A stretch of 64,000 nucleotides of DNA, from the NCBI GenBank assembly GCA_030834985.1, contig JAUQWV010000006.1, positions 140,168-204,167 on the forward strand, written 5' to 3'. A program made the position numbers and the translations under genes. Numbering within the stretch: the stretch's first letter is position 1; every line of letters starts with the position of its first letter. Of this stretch, positions 13,522 through 22,274 are shown piece after piece. Below the pieces are notes generated by a model that saw only the letters and a list, made by a program, of their open reading frames with translations, had not been told where the DNA came from and ran no database searches. The DNA comes from Candidatus Dojkabacteria bacterium (GTDB taxonomy: Bacteria > Patescibacteriota > Dojkabacteria > J137).

Positions 13522-14106
13522 TTACATTACTTTATACACTGTATCGCGGGTTTTACCCTGTTGCCGTATAAAGCCCATAGATTCTAGCTTTTCCATGTCA
13601 CGTCGTAGTGTTCTTGGCGTGACTGTACTAAAGGCAGCACTAACATTAGACATCTTAGAATCTAGATTTGTTCTTAGATAATCAAGTAATTGCTGTTGTC
13701 TTAAATTTAAATTATTAACAGATAACGATTTATTGCTGCTTGACTCGTTTATAGCTCGAACTACTTTTTTTAAGACTTTTTTAGAAGGTCTTTTTAATTT
13801 CTTTGTAGTTTTTTTATAGTTTTTTTTAGCAGCTGGAAATGTTGAAGTTAAAGTTCCCATCGCAGACTCTAACTTATCCAAATCTACTCTTTCTTCAATC
13901 TCACGTTTTACTTCGTCTAGAAAATTATTTTGGCTAACACTCTGCTCAAGCTCTTCAGCTTTTTCAGAAACATTCTGAAAAAGCGCCTTAAATAGCCGTT
14001 TATTCTTTTTAATATAGATATAACCGACAATAAAAATCCCAATTACGGAGAAAATTGCTACTACTAATGAAACCAATCTAAAAGAATTTTTCATTAAATC
14101 GGACAA
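13522..14106 (-). CDS. Membrane-anchored protein with C-terminal DeoR-type winged HTH
   Basis: N-terminal hydrophobic helix; C-terminal 'RQQQLLDYL...VTPRTLRRDMEKLESMGFIRQQG'. Confidence 0.7.
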   Translation of the reverse strand: MSDLMKNSFRLVSLVVAIFSVIGIFIVGYIYIKKNKRLFKALFQNVSEKAEELEQSVSQNNFLDEVKREIEERVDLDKLESAMGTLTSTFPAAKKNYKKTTKKLKRPSKKVLKKVVRAINESSSNKSLSVNNLNLRQQQLLDYLRTNLDSKMSNVSAAFSTVTPRTLRRDMEKLESMGFIRQQGKTRDTVYKVM

Positions 14107-14156
14107 AAAATTAACTCAAGTTAATAATAATACTACTTAAAGTTAAACTCAAGTTT

Positions 14157-16775
14157 TTACAACTCTCCCCAAATATTTCCGATATTAACTTCCACCTTAT
14201 ACTCTACACCTAAATCTAAAGCTGTCCTCATTGCATCTTTGATTTCAGTTATAAAAGCATTAAGGTTTTCATCTGATTTATCTGCTGCTTCAAATTCAAA
14301 TAAATATTCATCGTGTATTTGAAGAAGTAACTTTACATTATACTTTTCAATTATGCTTGGGAATTTAGACATTGCAGTCTTCATAATATCTGCTGCACTT
14401 CCTTGAATTACAAAATTGAATAATTCCCTTTCTGCCGCCTGTCTTAATGCTCTGTTATTAGATCTAATCATTTCATTTATTCTTCTTCTACCTAATATAG
14501 TTTCGCTATACCCAGTTTCTTTCGCAGAGTTAATCGTATTATCTAAAAACGCTTTTACCTTAGGGTAATTTGCAAAGTACTTTTTAATAAATGTATCAGC
14601 AATTGCACGGTTTAGGCCTAGCCTTTCGGACAGCCCAAAAGCTGAAATTCCGTAGATGACCGAAAAGTTGACTGTTTTTCCAATCTGTCTTTGTTTTATA
14701 TCTACCTCTTCAACAGCAACATCAAATAATTCACTTGCTGTTATCTTATGAATATCTACCCCATTATTAAAACTATCTACCATAACATCCTCTTTTGACA
14801 AGGCTGCCAAAATTCTAAGCTCTTGCTGAGAATAATCGAACGAAACAAATAAACTTTTAGAGCTCGAAACAAAAGCATTTCTAATATTAACTCCATAAGC
14901 TTCTGTAAACGGAATGTTTTGCAGGTTAGGGTTTTTGGAAGAATATCTACCACTAACTGCACCAAACTGATCAAAAATAGCTCTGATCTTTCCGTCGTTA
15001 TCCACATACTCTGGCAATGCATTTACGTAAGTATTCAATAATTTATCTACTTCGCGATAGCCAAGCAAGTTTTCGATGATAGGATCTAAGCCCACTAATG
15101 ACCGTAATGTAGATTCATTAGTACTTAATGCGCCGCCCTTTGTTTTCTTACCAGTAGGTAAGGCTTTTTCCTTAAATAGGACATCGGAAACTTGCTTAGG
15201 TGAATTTAAGTTAAATTCATGGCCAGCACTTAAATAAACATTTGTTTGAAACTCTTCAAGCTTCTCAGTAAGTATTCTGTTGAACTTAGCTAATTCTTGT
15301 CTGTCAACAGTGATACCATTTTGTTCCATTTCAACAGTTATGTATAAAACCGTGTCTTCTAGTTCAATAAGTTTAGATTTTTGGTTAATTTCTTTTTCCT
15401 TTGAAGCTAAAAAGTTGTCCAGCTCTACAAGTGAAGATATATTTGCAGTTACTGTGCCATCTGAATAAATACCAGCCCATCCAAATATACTCTTTAGCTC
15501 GAACTTTGCCCGTCCTTCTGCCACAATAAATGAATCAATACCTAAATCCTTTATTTTAATATCTCTAAGATTTTTAAATTCAAGGTTTAATAAACTGTGG
15601 AGCAAAATTTTTTTATCGAATGTTATAAATTCTATCTGGTTATGCACTTCAAAAAATTTTGCTATATCAGCCTCCTCTACCCTATAAACTTTATTACTCT
15701 TTAAATCTAATGCTAATAAATAGTTTAACTTCCAATGAACAGGGCTTAAGTTACCATTTTCTAAATCACTTAAAATATAAAGCTGTGTAGTATTTAGAAG
15801 TTTTCCATCCCAAGCTAACTCAGGATATGATTGAGTAGTTTTTGAACCATTTGTATTTCCAAAGAGATCCAATTCTGCAGGATCTTCAGCAATATTATAA
15901 ATTTCAAAAAACTTATCTAACCTAGACATTAACGATCTGAACTGCATTTCCTGAAAAAATTTTATAACCTTTTTACGATTTATTACAGAAAAATTAGTAT
16001 GCTCATAGTTAAAGCTTATAGGAATATCTTTATAGATTGTTGCTAACTGCTTTGATAAAAAAGCCTCTTCTTGTCCATCAATCAATTTTTTTTGATATCT
16101 AGGCTCTATTTGGTCGATTTTTGCATACATTTCTTCAATAGTACCGTATTTATTTATTAAATCAGCTGCACCCTTAGCACCAATTCCTGCTACACCTGGA
16201 ATATTATCGGATGTATCACCACTTAGACCTTTCAAATCAGTTATATATTTAGGAGCTACTCCCATTTTTTCTTTAACCATTTCTGCATCGTATAGTTTAG
16301 ATTCAGAGAACTTATGTCCCGCTAAATATACAAATGTATCTTCATCCACTAGCTGTAAAAGGTCCCTATCACCAGTAACAATAACTGTTCGCATTACATC
16401 GTTTGAATACTTATCATCAAGAGTACCAATTAAATCATCTGCTTCAATTCCATCTTGAATAACCATTGGGATATCAAACATTTGAATTAAGTCATACACC
16501 TTAGGAAATTGACTAATTAGTAACTCATCAGTTTCTGCTCTATTTGCTTTATACTGTGTAAATTCTGTACTACGGACAGTAGGACCATGCGAATCAAATA
16601 CAGCAACTACCCTTGTAGGCGTAAACTTTGACAATACATCTAAAAGTAGACCTGCAAAACCATAGACAGCATTAGTAGGTTCTCCTTTTGCATTACTTAA
16701 GGTTGGTGGAAATGCGTGGAAAGCTCTATGTATTAGCGCATGCGAATCAATTATTAAAAATGTTTTTTTGTCCAT
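14157..16775 (-). CDS. polA: DNA polymerase I
   Basis: 5'-3' exonuclease (IDSHALIHRAFHA, EADD, GDTSDNIPGV); PolA motifs DYSQQELRILA and LQIHDE. Confidence 0.97.
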   Translation of the reverse strand: MDKKTFLIIDSHALIHRAFHAFPPTLSNAKGEPTNAVYGFAGLLLDVLSKFTPTRVVAVFDSHGPTVRSTEFTQYKANRAETDELLISQFPKVYDLIQMFDIPMVIQDGIEADDLIGTLDDKYSNDVMRTVIVTGDRDLLQLVDEDTFVYLAGHKFSESKLYDAEMVKEKMGVAPKYITDLKGLSGDTSDNIPGVAGIGAKGAADLINKYGTIEEMYAKIDQIEPRYQKKLIDGQEEAFLSKQLATIYKDIPISFNYEHTNFSVINRKKVIKFFQEMQFRSLMSRLDKFFEIYNIAEDPAELDLFGNTNGSKTTQSYPELAWDGKLLNTTQLYILSDLENGNLSPVHWKLNYLLALDLKSNKVYRVEEADIAKFFEVHNQIEFITFDKKILLHSLLNLEFKNLRDIKIKDLGIDSFIVAEGRAKFELKSIFGWAGIYSDGTVTANISSLVELDNFLASKEKEINQKSKLIELEDTVLYITVEMEQNGITVDRQELAKFNRILTEKLEEFQTNVYLSAGHEFNLNSPKQVSDVLFKEKALPTGKKTKGGALSTNESTLRSLVGLDPIIENLLGYREVDKLLNTYVNALPEYVDNDGKIRAIFDQFGAVSGRYSSKNPNLQNIPFTEAYGVNIRNAFVSSSKSLFVSFDYSQQELRILAALSKEDVMVDSFNNGVDIHKITASELFDVAVEEVDIKQRQIGKTVNFSVIYGISAFGLSERLGLNRAIADTFIKKYFANYPKVKAFLDNTINSAKETGYSETILGRRRINEMIRSNNRALRQAAERELFNFVIQGSAADIMKTAMSKFPSIIEKYNVKLLLQIHDEYLFEFEAADKSDENLNAFITEIKDAMRTALDLGVEYKVEVNIGNIWGEL

Positions 16776-16797
16776 TATTAAGCTTTAAGCTGTCTAA

Positions 16798-19161
16798 TCA
16801 AAAAAGCGCGTCAAATTCCTCTTTAGACAAAACTTCTTTATCAAGCAATACATTAGCTACTTTACCTAATTTTTCTCTATTATCTTCTAAGATTTTCTTT
16901 GCATTGGCGTATGCTTTTTCAATAATTGTTCGAACTTCAGTATCGATCTCTTCCGCAGTTTTTTCTGAATATTCTTTACTTGTACTATAGGCATATCCTA
17001 AATATTCATTTTCTTCAAAGTCTCCATATTGAACAAGACCTAGCTTACTGCTCATACCGAATTTTTGAACCATTCTGCGGGCAACTGCAGTTGCTTTCTC
17101 TATATCATTTGACGCTCCTGTAGAAACATCATCTAGAGCAATCTCTTCTGCTGCTCTACCGCCTAGTGTTACGGTAATATCTGCTAACAACTTACCTTTA
17201 GACATTATATACTCATCATTTTCCGGTAAGAACATCGTTACCCCTCCTGAAGATCCTCGCGATACAATAGAAATTCTATCAACTGGTGTAGCATTTGGAG
17301 TAAACTTTGCAACTACTGCATGACCTGCCTCGTGATAGGCAACAAGCTTCATCTCATTGTCTGTTCTTTTTCGCGAACGCTTAGCTGGCCCTAACATTAC
17401 TTTAGATACAGCTTCATCTATATCCTCGTTTGTTATTTCTTTACGATTAGCGTTCGCGGCAATGATGGCAGATTCATTTAAAATATTTTCTAAATCAGCC
17501 CCAGTAAAGCCAACTGTTCTTTTAGCAACTCTATAAAGATCCACATCTGCAGCAAAAGGCTTGTTCTGCCCATGTATTTCTAGGATTTTCTTTCTACCTT
17601 CTGCATCAGGAAGCTCAATCCTTACCTGTCGATCGAATCTTCCAGGTCTTAGAATAGCCGGATCAAGAACATCAGGTCTGTTTGTTGCAGCAAGAACTAT
17701 CACATTTGTATTCTTTTCAAAACCATCCATTTCAACCAGAATCTGGTTCAAAGTTTGCTCTGTGGCACCAGTTTGCACTTTTGTACCTCGTTTTCTTGCT
17801 ACTGCATCAATTTCATCGATAAAGATAAGGGCGGGTGCTGCCTTTTTAGCCTTATCGAATAAATCCCGAACTCTTGAAGCACCCGCCCCAACTAACATCT
17901 CTTCAAATTCAGAGCCTGAAGTATGGAAGAACGGGACTCTAGCTTCTCCTGCTATTGCACGAGCTAGCAAGGTTTTACCTGTACCTGGAGGGCCTACTAA
18001 TAGTATTCCCTTTGGGATTCTAGCGCCTAGCTTTCTATATTTATTAGGATTTTTTAAGAAGTCAACAATTTCGAATAGTTCGTTTCTAGCTTCATCAATA
18101 CCAGCTACATCATCAAAAGTAGTGTCAGTTTTTGATCCAAAAAAGATCTTAGCTCTGCTCTGCCCAAACTGCATAATACCCATACCAGAACCTTGAGCAC
18201 CTCTAAAGATAAAGAATATTAATACAACAAAGCCAACAAGAGTGATGATATTAATTATGTCAGAAAAGCCCACTCCTGTAGGAACGTTTACTGCTAATAT
18301 TTCAACATTGTCTAAGGATAAAGATATGCCTTCATTTTGAAGAAGATCTGTGAATGAATAAATATTTGGATTCCAGTCTACATAAACCTTCTGAACCATA
18401 TCCGGTTTTATCCTTGCAATAAATGAATTATTTATTGACCAGATATTAGAAAATTGATGGTCGTTCTTTCTATCTAAGAAAGATCTGGAATCTACCGATG
18501 ATGCAGCGCTGCGCAATCTAGTTACCGGTGTCGGAATTGATTCAATACTTAGGTTTTTATCTGCTAGTCTTTTTTGAAAATCACTTTCTGTAACATCCTT
18601 TACAATGATATCCTTCTGTCCTACAGGTCTAAGCCCGATAATAAAATTATCTGCTACAATTACTTCTTTGATAACTGAAGATTGATTATTTAAGATAGCC
18701 TTTAAAGCAGATAAAGCATCTACACTTTCAAAGTTAGCTACAAATTGATCCAATGTTTGAATTTCAAAACCATCATTAGTTTCGGTAGTTAATTTATAGT
18801 CAGAAGATGACTGTACATCGACATCTTTTGAATTGGCAATAACATAAGCTTTATCTGAAGCTAATATTTTGCCGTCGTTTTGAACATAAACCTGCCAAAA
18901 TCTATTATCTTTGATTCCTCTAACTACTGAATCCAGTGTAGTTAATGAAGCAGAATTATCTGATCTATTAAATATACTTACCCCTATTAAAAGAAGTACA
19001 AAAATAGCAATAATAGGAATCAAGGGATTTATTCTTAATATATTACTTCTGCTTGGACGTCTACCCTTTTTTTGAGCAGATTTAAGCTTATTAATAATCT
19101 CTTCGGAAATTCTATCGACCTCTTGCTGTGATTGCTGGTCTTTATTCTTTTGTTTGTCCAT
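16798..19161 (-). CDS. ftsH: ATP-dependent zinc metalloprotease FtsH
   Basis: Two TM helices; GPPGTGKT; LDPAILRPGRFDR; HEAGH zinc motif. Confidence 0.97.
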   Translation of the reverse strand: MDKQKNKDQQSQQEVDRISEEIINKLKSAQKKGRRPSRSNILRINPLIPIIAIFVLLLIGVSIFNRSDNSASLTTLDSVVRGIKDNRFWQVYVQNDGKILASDKAYVIANSKDVDVQSSSDYKLTTETNDGFEIQTLDQFVANFESVDALSALKAILNNQSSVIKEVIVADNFIIGLRPVGQKDIIVKDVTESDFQKRLADKNLSIESIPTPVTRLRSAASSVDSRSFLDRKNDHQFSNIWSINNSFIARIKPDMVQKVYVDWNPNIYSFTDLLQNEGISLSLDNVEILAVNVPTGVGFSDIINIITLVGFVVLIFFIFRGAQGSGMGIMQFGQSRAKIFFGSKTDTTFDDVAGIDEARNELFEIVDFLKNPNKYRKLGARIPKGILLVGPPGTGKTLLARAIAGEARVPFFHTSGSEFEEMLVGAGASRVRDLFDKAKKAAPALIFIDEIDAVARKRGTKVQTGATEQTLNQILVEMDGFEKNTNVIVLAATNRPDVLDPAILRPGRFDRQVRIELPDAEGRKKILEIHGQNKPFAADVDLYRVAKRTVGFTGADLENILNESAIIAANANRKEITNEDIDEAVSKVMLGPAKRSRKRTDNEMKLVAYHEAGHAVVAKFTPNATPVDRISIVSRGSSGGVTMFLPENDEYIMSKGKLLADITVTLGGRAAEEIALDDVSTGASNDIEKATAVARRMVQKFGMSSKLGLVQYGDFEENEYLGYAYSTSKEYSEKTAEEIDTEVRTIIEKAYANAKKILEDNREKLGKVANVLLDKEVLSKEEFDALF

Positions 19162-19219
19162 ATTTTTATCTATTAATCTGTTTATTATATCGTAAGTATA
19201 CCTTTTGGGAGCAAAAAAG

Positions 19220-19293
19220 TATCAGGGGGCGGAATCGAACCGCCGCTCTCGGGTTTATGAATCCCGTGCTTTAACCGACTAAGCTACCCTGAC
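19220..19293 (-). tRNA. tRNA with CAT anticodon (probably elongator Met)
   Basis: GTCAGGG/CCCTGAT acceptor; loop TT-CAT-AA. Confidence 0.88.
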
Positions 19294-19350
19294 ATTAATG
19301 AACATAAGGATTTTATCAAAAATATCCATTTTATGTCTGAATAAAAATTC

Positions 19351-19380
19351 AAAAGCCCCTACAAACGTGTAGGGGCTTTT
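19351..19380 (-). terminator. Intrinsic terminator after tRNA-fMet
   Basis: AAAAGCCCCTACA-aacg-TGTAGGGGCTTTT. Confidence 0.8.
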
Positions 19381-19454
19381 GGTTGCGGGGGTCCGATTCG
19401 AACGGACGACCTCCAGGTTATGAGCCTGACGAGCTGCCACTGCTCTACCCCGCG
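19380..19454 (-). tRNA. tRNA-fMet(CAT), initiator
   Basis: 5' CGCGGGG with C1:A72 mismatch; CT-CAT-AA loop; CCA encoded; A29-U41 variant of the three G-C pairs. Confidence 0.93.
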
Positions 19455-19491
19455 ATCATTAATTTTAAATGCATTGGATTATACCAAAGAA

Positions 19492-19905
19492 TCACCAAGC
19501 TATCAATTTAGCCCACCAATCCGAAAACTCTGTTTTATCCTGAATATCTAAGTATTCAAGCTCTTCAAAGAAGAAACTTGCCTTATCTTTGGTACTGAAT
19601 AAGTTCTCTTCTGGCTTAGCCAAATTTTGAGCATCTCGAAGCAATAGAGCTTTATACTCATCAGAAGTCACATACTTATATTCTTCACTCAATACTTGAT
19701 TTTTCTCGAGCAGTTTTTCTAAGTCCGTCCCTTCTTCTAGATATGTTGCATAATTGCTTTGACCATTAGTAAAAATCCTAATGATATTACCGGCAATCAC
19801 CAATACTAAGAAGCCTAGAGCAATAGACAGTACAACACCGTCAAACTTGACTTCGCTTAAGTTACTTCTTGCTTTTTGTAGGGCTCTTTTAAATAGTCCT
19901 GGCAT
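19492..19905 (-). CDS. Septum formation initiator-like protein (FtsB/DivIC)
   Basis: Single TM, then coiled coil and 'SDEYKALLLRDAQNLAKPEE', resembling the DivIC 'IE..AR..LG...PGE' motif. Confidence 0.55.
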   Translation of the reverse strand: MPGLFKRALQKARSNLSEVKFDGVVLSIALGFLVLVIAGNIIRIFTNGQSNYATYLEEGTDLEKLLEKNQVLSEEYKYVTSDEYKALLLRDAQNLAKPEENLFSTKDKASFFFEELEYLDIQDKTEFSDWWAKLIAW

Positions 19906-19980
19906 AAATTTTAAACCTCGTTGACCCTATAATATACCCATGTTAATATTTTGTCACTTATAAACCATATCCTATAATTT

Positions 19981-20850
19981 ATGGAAACTGAAAAATTGAT
20001 AAGTGACTTTATTAACTATCTTAGAAGAAGAGGAAAAGCGAAGTCAACATTAATTGCTTACCAAAATGATGTTACCCAGCTCTCTGAAAGTAATGTTAAT
20101 AAATCTCTTGTTGATTTTACAGAGGATGATATTAAGCATGGGCTTAATTTTTTACAAACTACCTACTCTCTTTCTCCTAAAACAATCTCAAGAAAGCTAA
20201 ATAGTATAAGGACTTTTTATAAATTCCTTGAAGAAAAAAAATATGTAAATAAAAATCCTACATTAAATATCTCTCATCCTAAATTTAGGATTAAAAAACA
20301 AAGATTTTTAACAAAACTTGAATACTTGGCATTAAAAGAAGAAAGCCGAGAAAATCCTAAAATATATATGCTTATTGAATTTCTATTACAAACAGGAGTA
20401 AGAATAGGTGAAGTATCTAGAATAAAAATCAAAGATGTATTTTTAGATGAGCCTAAGCCTTATGTTTACATCTCTGAGTTTGGAAGCAACAAAGAAAGAA
20501 CAGTCCCATTAAACTCTAAAATAGCAGTAGAACTTAGAGAATACCTAAATACTTATCCTTTTGCTAAAAAGCCAAACGCCCCTTTATTTTCTACAAAATC
20601 GGGGAAAAATATTGAAATCAGAAATATTAGAAGTGCTATTGATAGAGTCATCATTAGAGCAAAAATCAAAAATGCTTGTATAAACGATCTAAGAAACACT
20701 TTTATAGTAAATCAGTTGTCTTACGGGATCTCAATTTCTAAATTAGCTGAAATCGTTGGCCATAAGAATATTGGAACTACAACCAGATATTTAGAACTTC
20801 TAACAAAGAAATACCGAGCAACGGGCGATGATAAAGTTACAGAACTGTAA
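19981..20850 (+). CDS. XerC/D-like tyrosine recombinase
   Basis: SAM-like N-terminal domain; TGVRIGE; NDLRNTF (HxxR variant); VGHKNIGTTTRY. Confidence 0.9.
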   Translation: METEKLISDFINYLRRRGKAKSTLIAYQNDVTQLSESNVNKSLVDFTEDDIKHGLNFLQTTYSLSPKTISRKLNSIRTFYKFLEEKKYVNKNPTLNISHPKFRIKKQRFLTKLEYLALKEESRENPKIYMLIEFLLQTGVRIGEVSRIKIKDVFLDEPKPYVYISEFGSNKERTVPLNSKIAVELREYLNTYPFAKKPNAPLFSTKSGKNIEIRNIRSAIDRVIIRAKIKNACINDLRNTFIVNQLSYGISISKLAEIVGHKNIGTTTRYLELLTKKYRATGDDKVTEL

Positions 20851-20859
20851 TTTACAGTA

Positions 20860-21681
20860 TTAAGGAATAAACTCTTCCGGTAAAGTAGCTACCGAGAAAT
20901 CTGTTGAATCAAATTCTTGTGTCCAAACATCAGTAAATTGAACTAATATACTCTTTATTGATTTAAGTGGAGTTTCTGGATTATCAACTTTAGTAACAAG
21001 AAATTGCTTCTTCTTTATTATATTGCAGCTACCATCTGGAAATGTGATAACTTCTTCTACATTACCATCTTCATCTAGCCTTCCACAGACTACTGACACT
21101 AAAGGATCAGTGGAGTTAATTCTTGACGGCTCATAAAGGCTTGTATGTTCATTACCCTCGCTATCTAACCACGTCACTGTAAGCTTGACGTTAAGCATGT
21201 CAAAATCATTACCATTATAGAAACTTATTGTATCCCCCGTAACACCTGCATAAGCAAAGAAGAAATTATCTACTATCTCTCCATTAACAGTAGTTACTTT
21301 TCCTTTATCTAAAACGAACTTATAAATATAGTTATTATGGCAGCCTTCTGTACATGGATTTTCAAGCTTTTTATTGTTTACAAGGGGCTCATGGTTTGCA
21401 ACTTGTGCTCCAGGAAACCTAAATGGTCTTTGGCTTAAGTTTCTAATTTGGCCAGAACGTTGTGGAAATAAGTCTAAAAGAACTCGCTGACGAGACTTAG
21501 AAACACCTGGATTATTTGTAGTTTGAACACCTAACACGTCAGAACCTAAATGATTTGCTCTTGCTGCAGCTACTGCTTCGTCAAAGATATCTTTATATAC
21601 TGATAATACGCTTGGGACTGCCAAACTTACCATAAGGAATATTAAAACTTTCGTTAAATTTTTGGTACTAAACATACACAA
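20860..21681 (-). CDS. Hypothetical exported/membrane-anchored protein
   Basis: 273-aa ORF with N-terminal hydrophobic segment, 'DVLGVQT' motif and paired cysteines. Confidence 0.7.
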   Translation of the reverse strand: MCMFSTKNLTKVLIFLMVSLAVPSVLSVYKDIFDEAVAAARANHLGSDVLGVQTTNNPGVSKSRQRVLLDLFPQRSGQIRNLSQRPFRFPGAQVANHEPLVNNKKLENPCTEGCHNNYIYKFVLDKGKVTTVNGEIVDNFFFAYAGVTGDTISFYNGNDFDMLNVKLTVTWLDSEGNEHTSLYEPSRINSTDPLVSVVCGRLDEDGNVEEVITFPDGSCNIIKKKQFLVTKVDNPETPLKSIKSILVQFTDVWTQEFDSTDFSVATLPEEFIP

Positions 21682-21757
21682 TAATTACTCTTGCTATAGT
21701 TTAGATGACATTCAGGAATGTTGCAATGATTGAAGTATGTTTAAATAGTATGCACAG

Positions 21758-22003
21758 TAGGCCTGCGCAGACTTGAACTGCGGACCCCGGCTTTAAAGAG
21801 AAATTTGCAACATGGATAGTTTATGGGTAGATTCTTGTCCCGACTAGGCCTGCGCAGACTTGAACTGCGGACCCCGGCTTTATAAGAACCGTGCTCTAAC
21901 CAGCTGAGCTACAGGCCTAGTCGAAATAAGACAGTTGCCCCCATAAACCCAAATTATTCGCAAATTTAAAGAACCGTGCTCTAACCAGCTGAGCTACAGG
22001 CCT
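21758..22003 (-). tRNA. Split outer tRNA body (5' half 21969-22003, 3' half 21758-21795) interrupted in the anticodon by a structured insert containing a whole tRNA
   Basis: Both halves are identical to the inner tRNA (35 + 38 nt); a 12-bp perfect inverted repeat extends the acceptor stem (21747-21758 / 22004-22015). Confidence 0.75.
21845..21918 (-). tRNA. tRNA-Ile(TAT)
   Basis: AGGCCTGTAGCTCAGCTGGTTAGAGCACGGTT-CT-TAT-AA-AGCCGGGGTCCGCAGTTCAAGTCTGCGCAGGCCTA, a 74-nt cloverleaf. Confidence 0.93.
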
Positions 22004-22042
22004 ACTGTGCATACTTAATGTAAACGCTGGTAAAGTAAGGAA

Positions 22043-22071
22043 AGTATAGCAAAAAGCTTTCAAATTTTCAC
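22043..22071 (-). promoter_or_regulatory. Promoter for the nested tRNA locus
   Basis: GTGAAA-N17-TATACT with an extended -10 (TGcTATACT), ~30 nt upstream of the outer inverted repeat. Confidence 0.55.
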
Positions 22072-22271
22072 TTTCGTTTATAGATAACTTTATTATAGTA
22101 TAAGAATAAGAGCATTATAGAAATCGTAGATACGTAATGAAGTACGGCTCTGCCATTTAATAAATTTGAAGAATCACAAATGACGCCGTATAAATCTAAA
22201 TTTCTGGCAATAATACCTTTAATCGCTTTTTCACAATATTCTATAGTTGGGGTATCAAATAAAGATCTCAT
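22068..22271 (-). CDS. Hypothetical small protein
   Basis: 67-aa ORF starting 4 nt after the upstream stop; no recognisable motif. Confidence 0.3.
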   Translation of the reverse strand: MRSLFDTPTIEYCEKAIKGIIARNLDLYGVICDSSNLLNGRAVLHYVSTISIMLLFLYYNKVIYKRK

Positions 22272-22274
22272 TAT

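Noticed and set aside
17561-18196. 211-aa plus-strand ORF, and similar antisense ORFs over clpC, groEL, ileS and parB
   Set aside because: Antisense shadows of conserved genes with no motifs of their own.
19981-21681. Integrative element or prophage around the recombinase
   Set aside because: No phage, relaxase or transposase genes and no flanking att duplication found.
21747-22015. CRISPR array or ordinary prophage att site
   Set aside because: The repeats are tRNA halves, no cas genes are present, both halves are duplicated, and the intervening DNA is only paired arms plus a tRNA.
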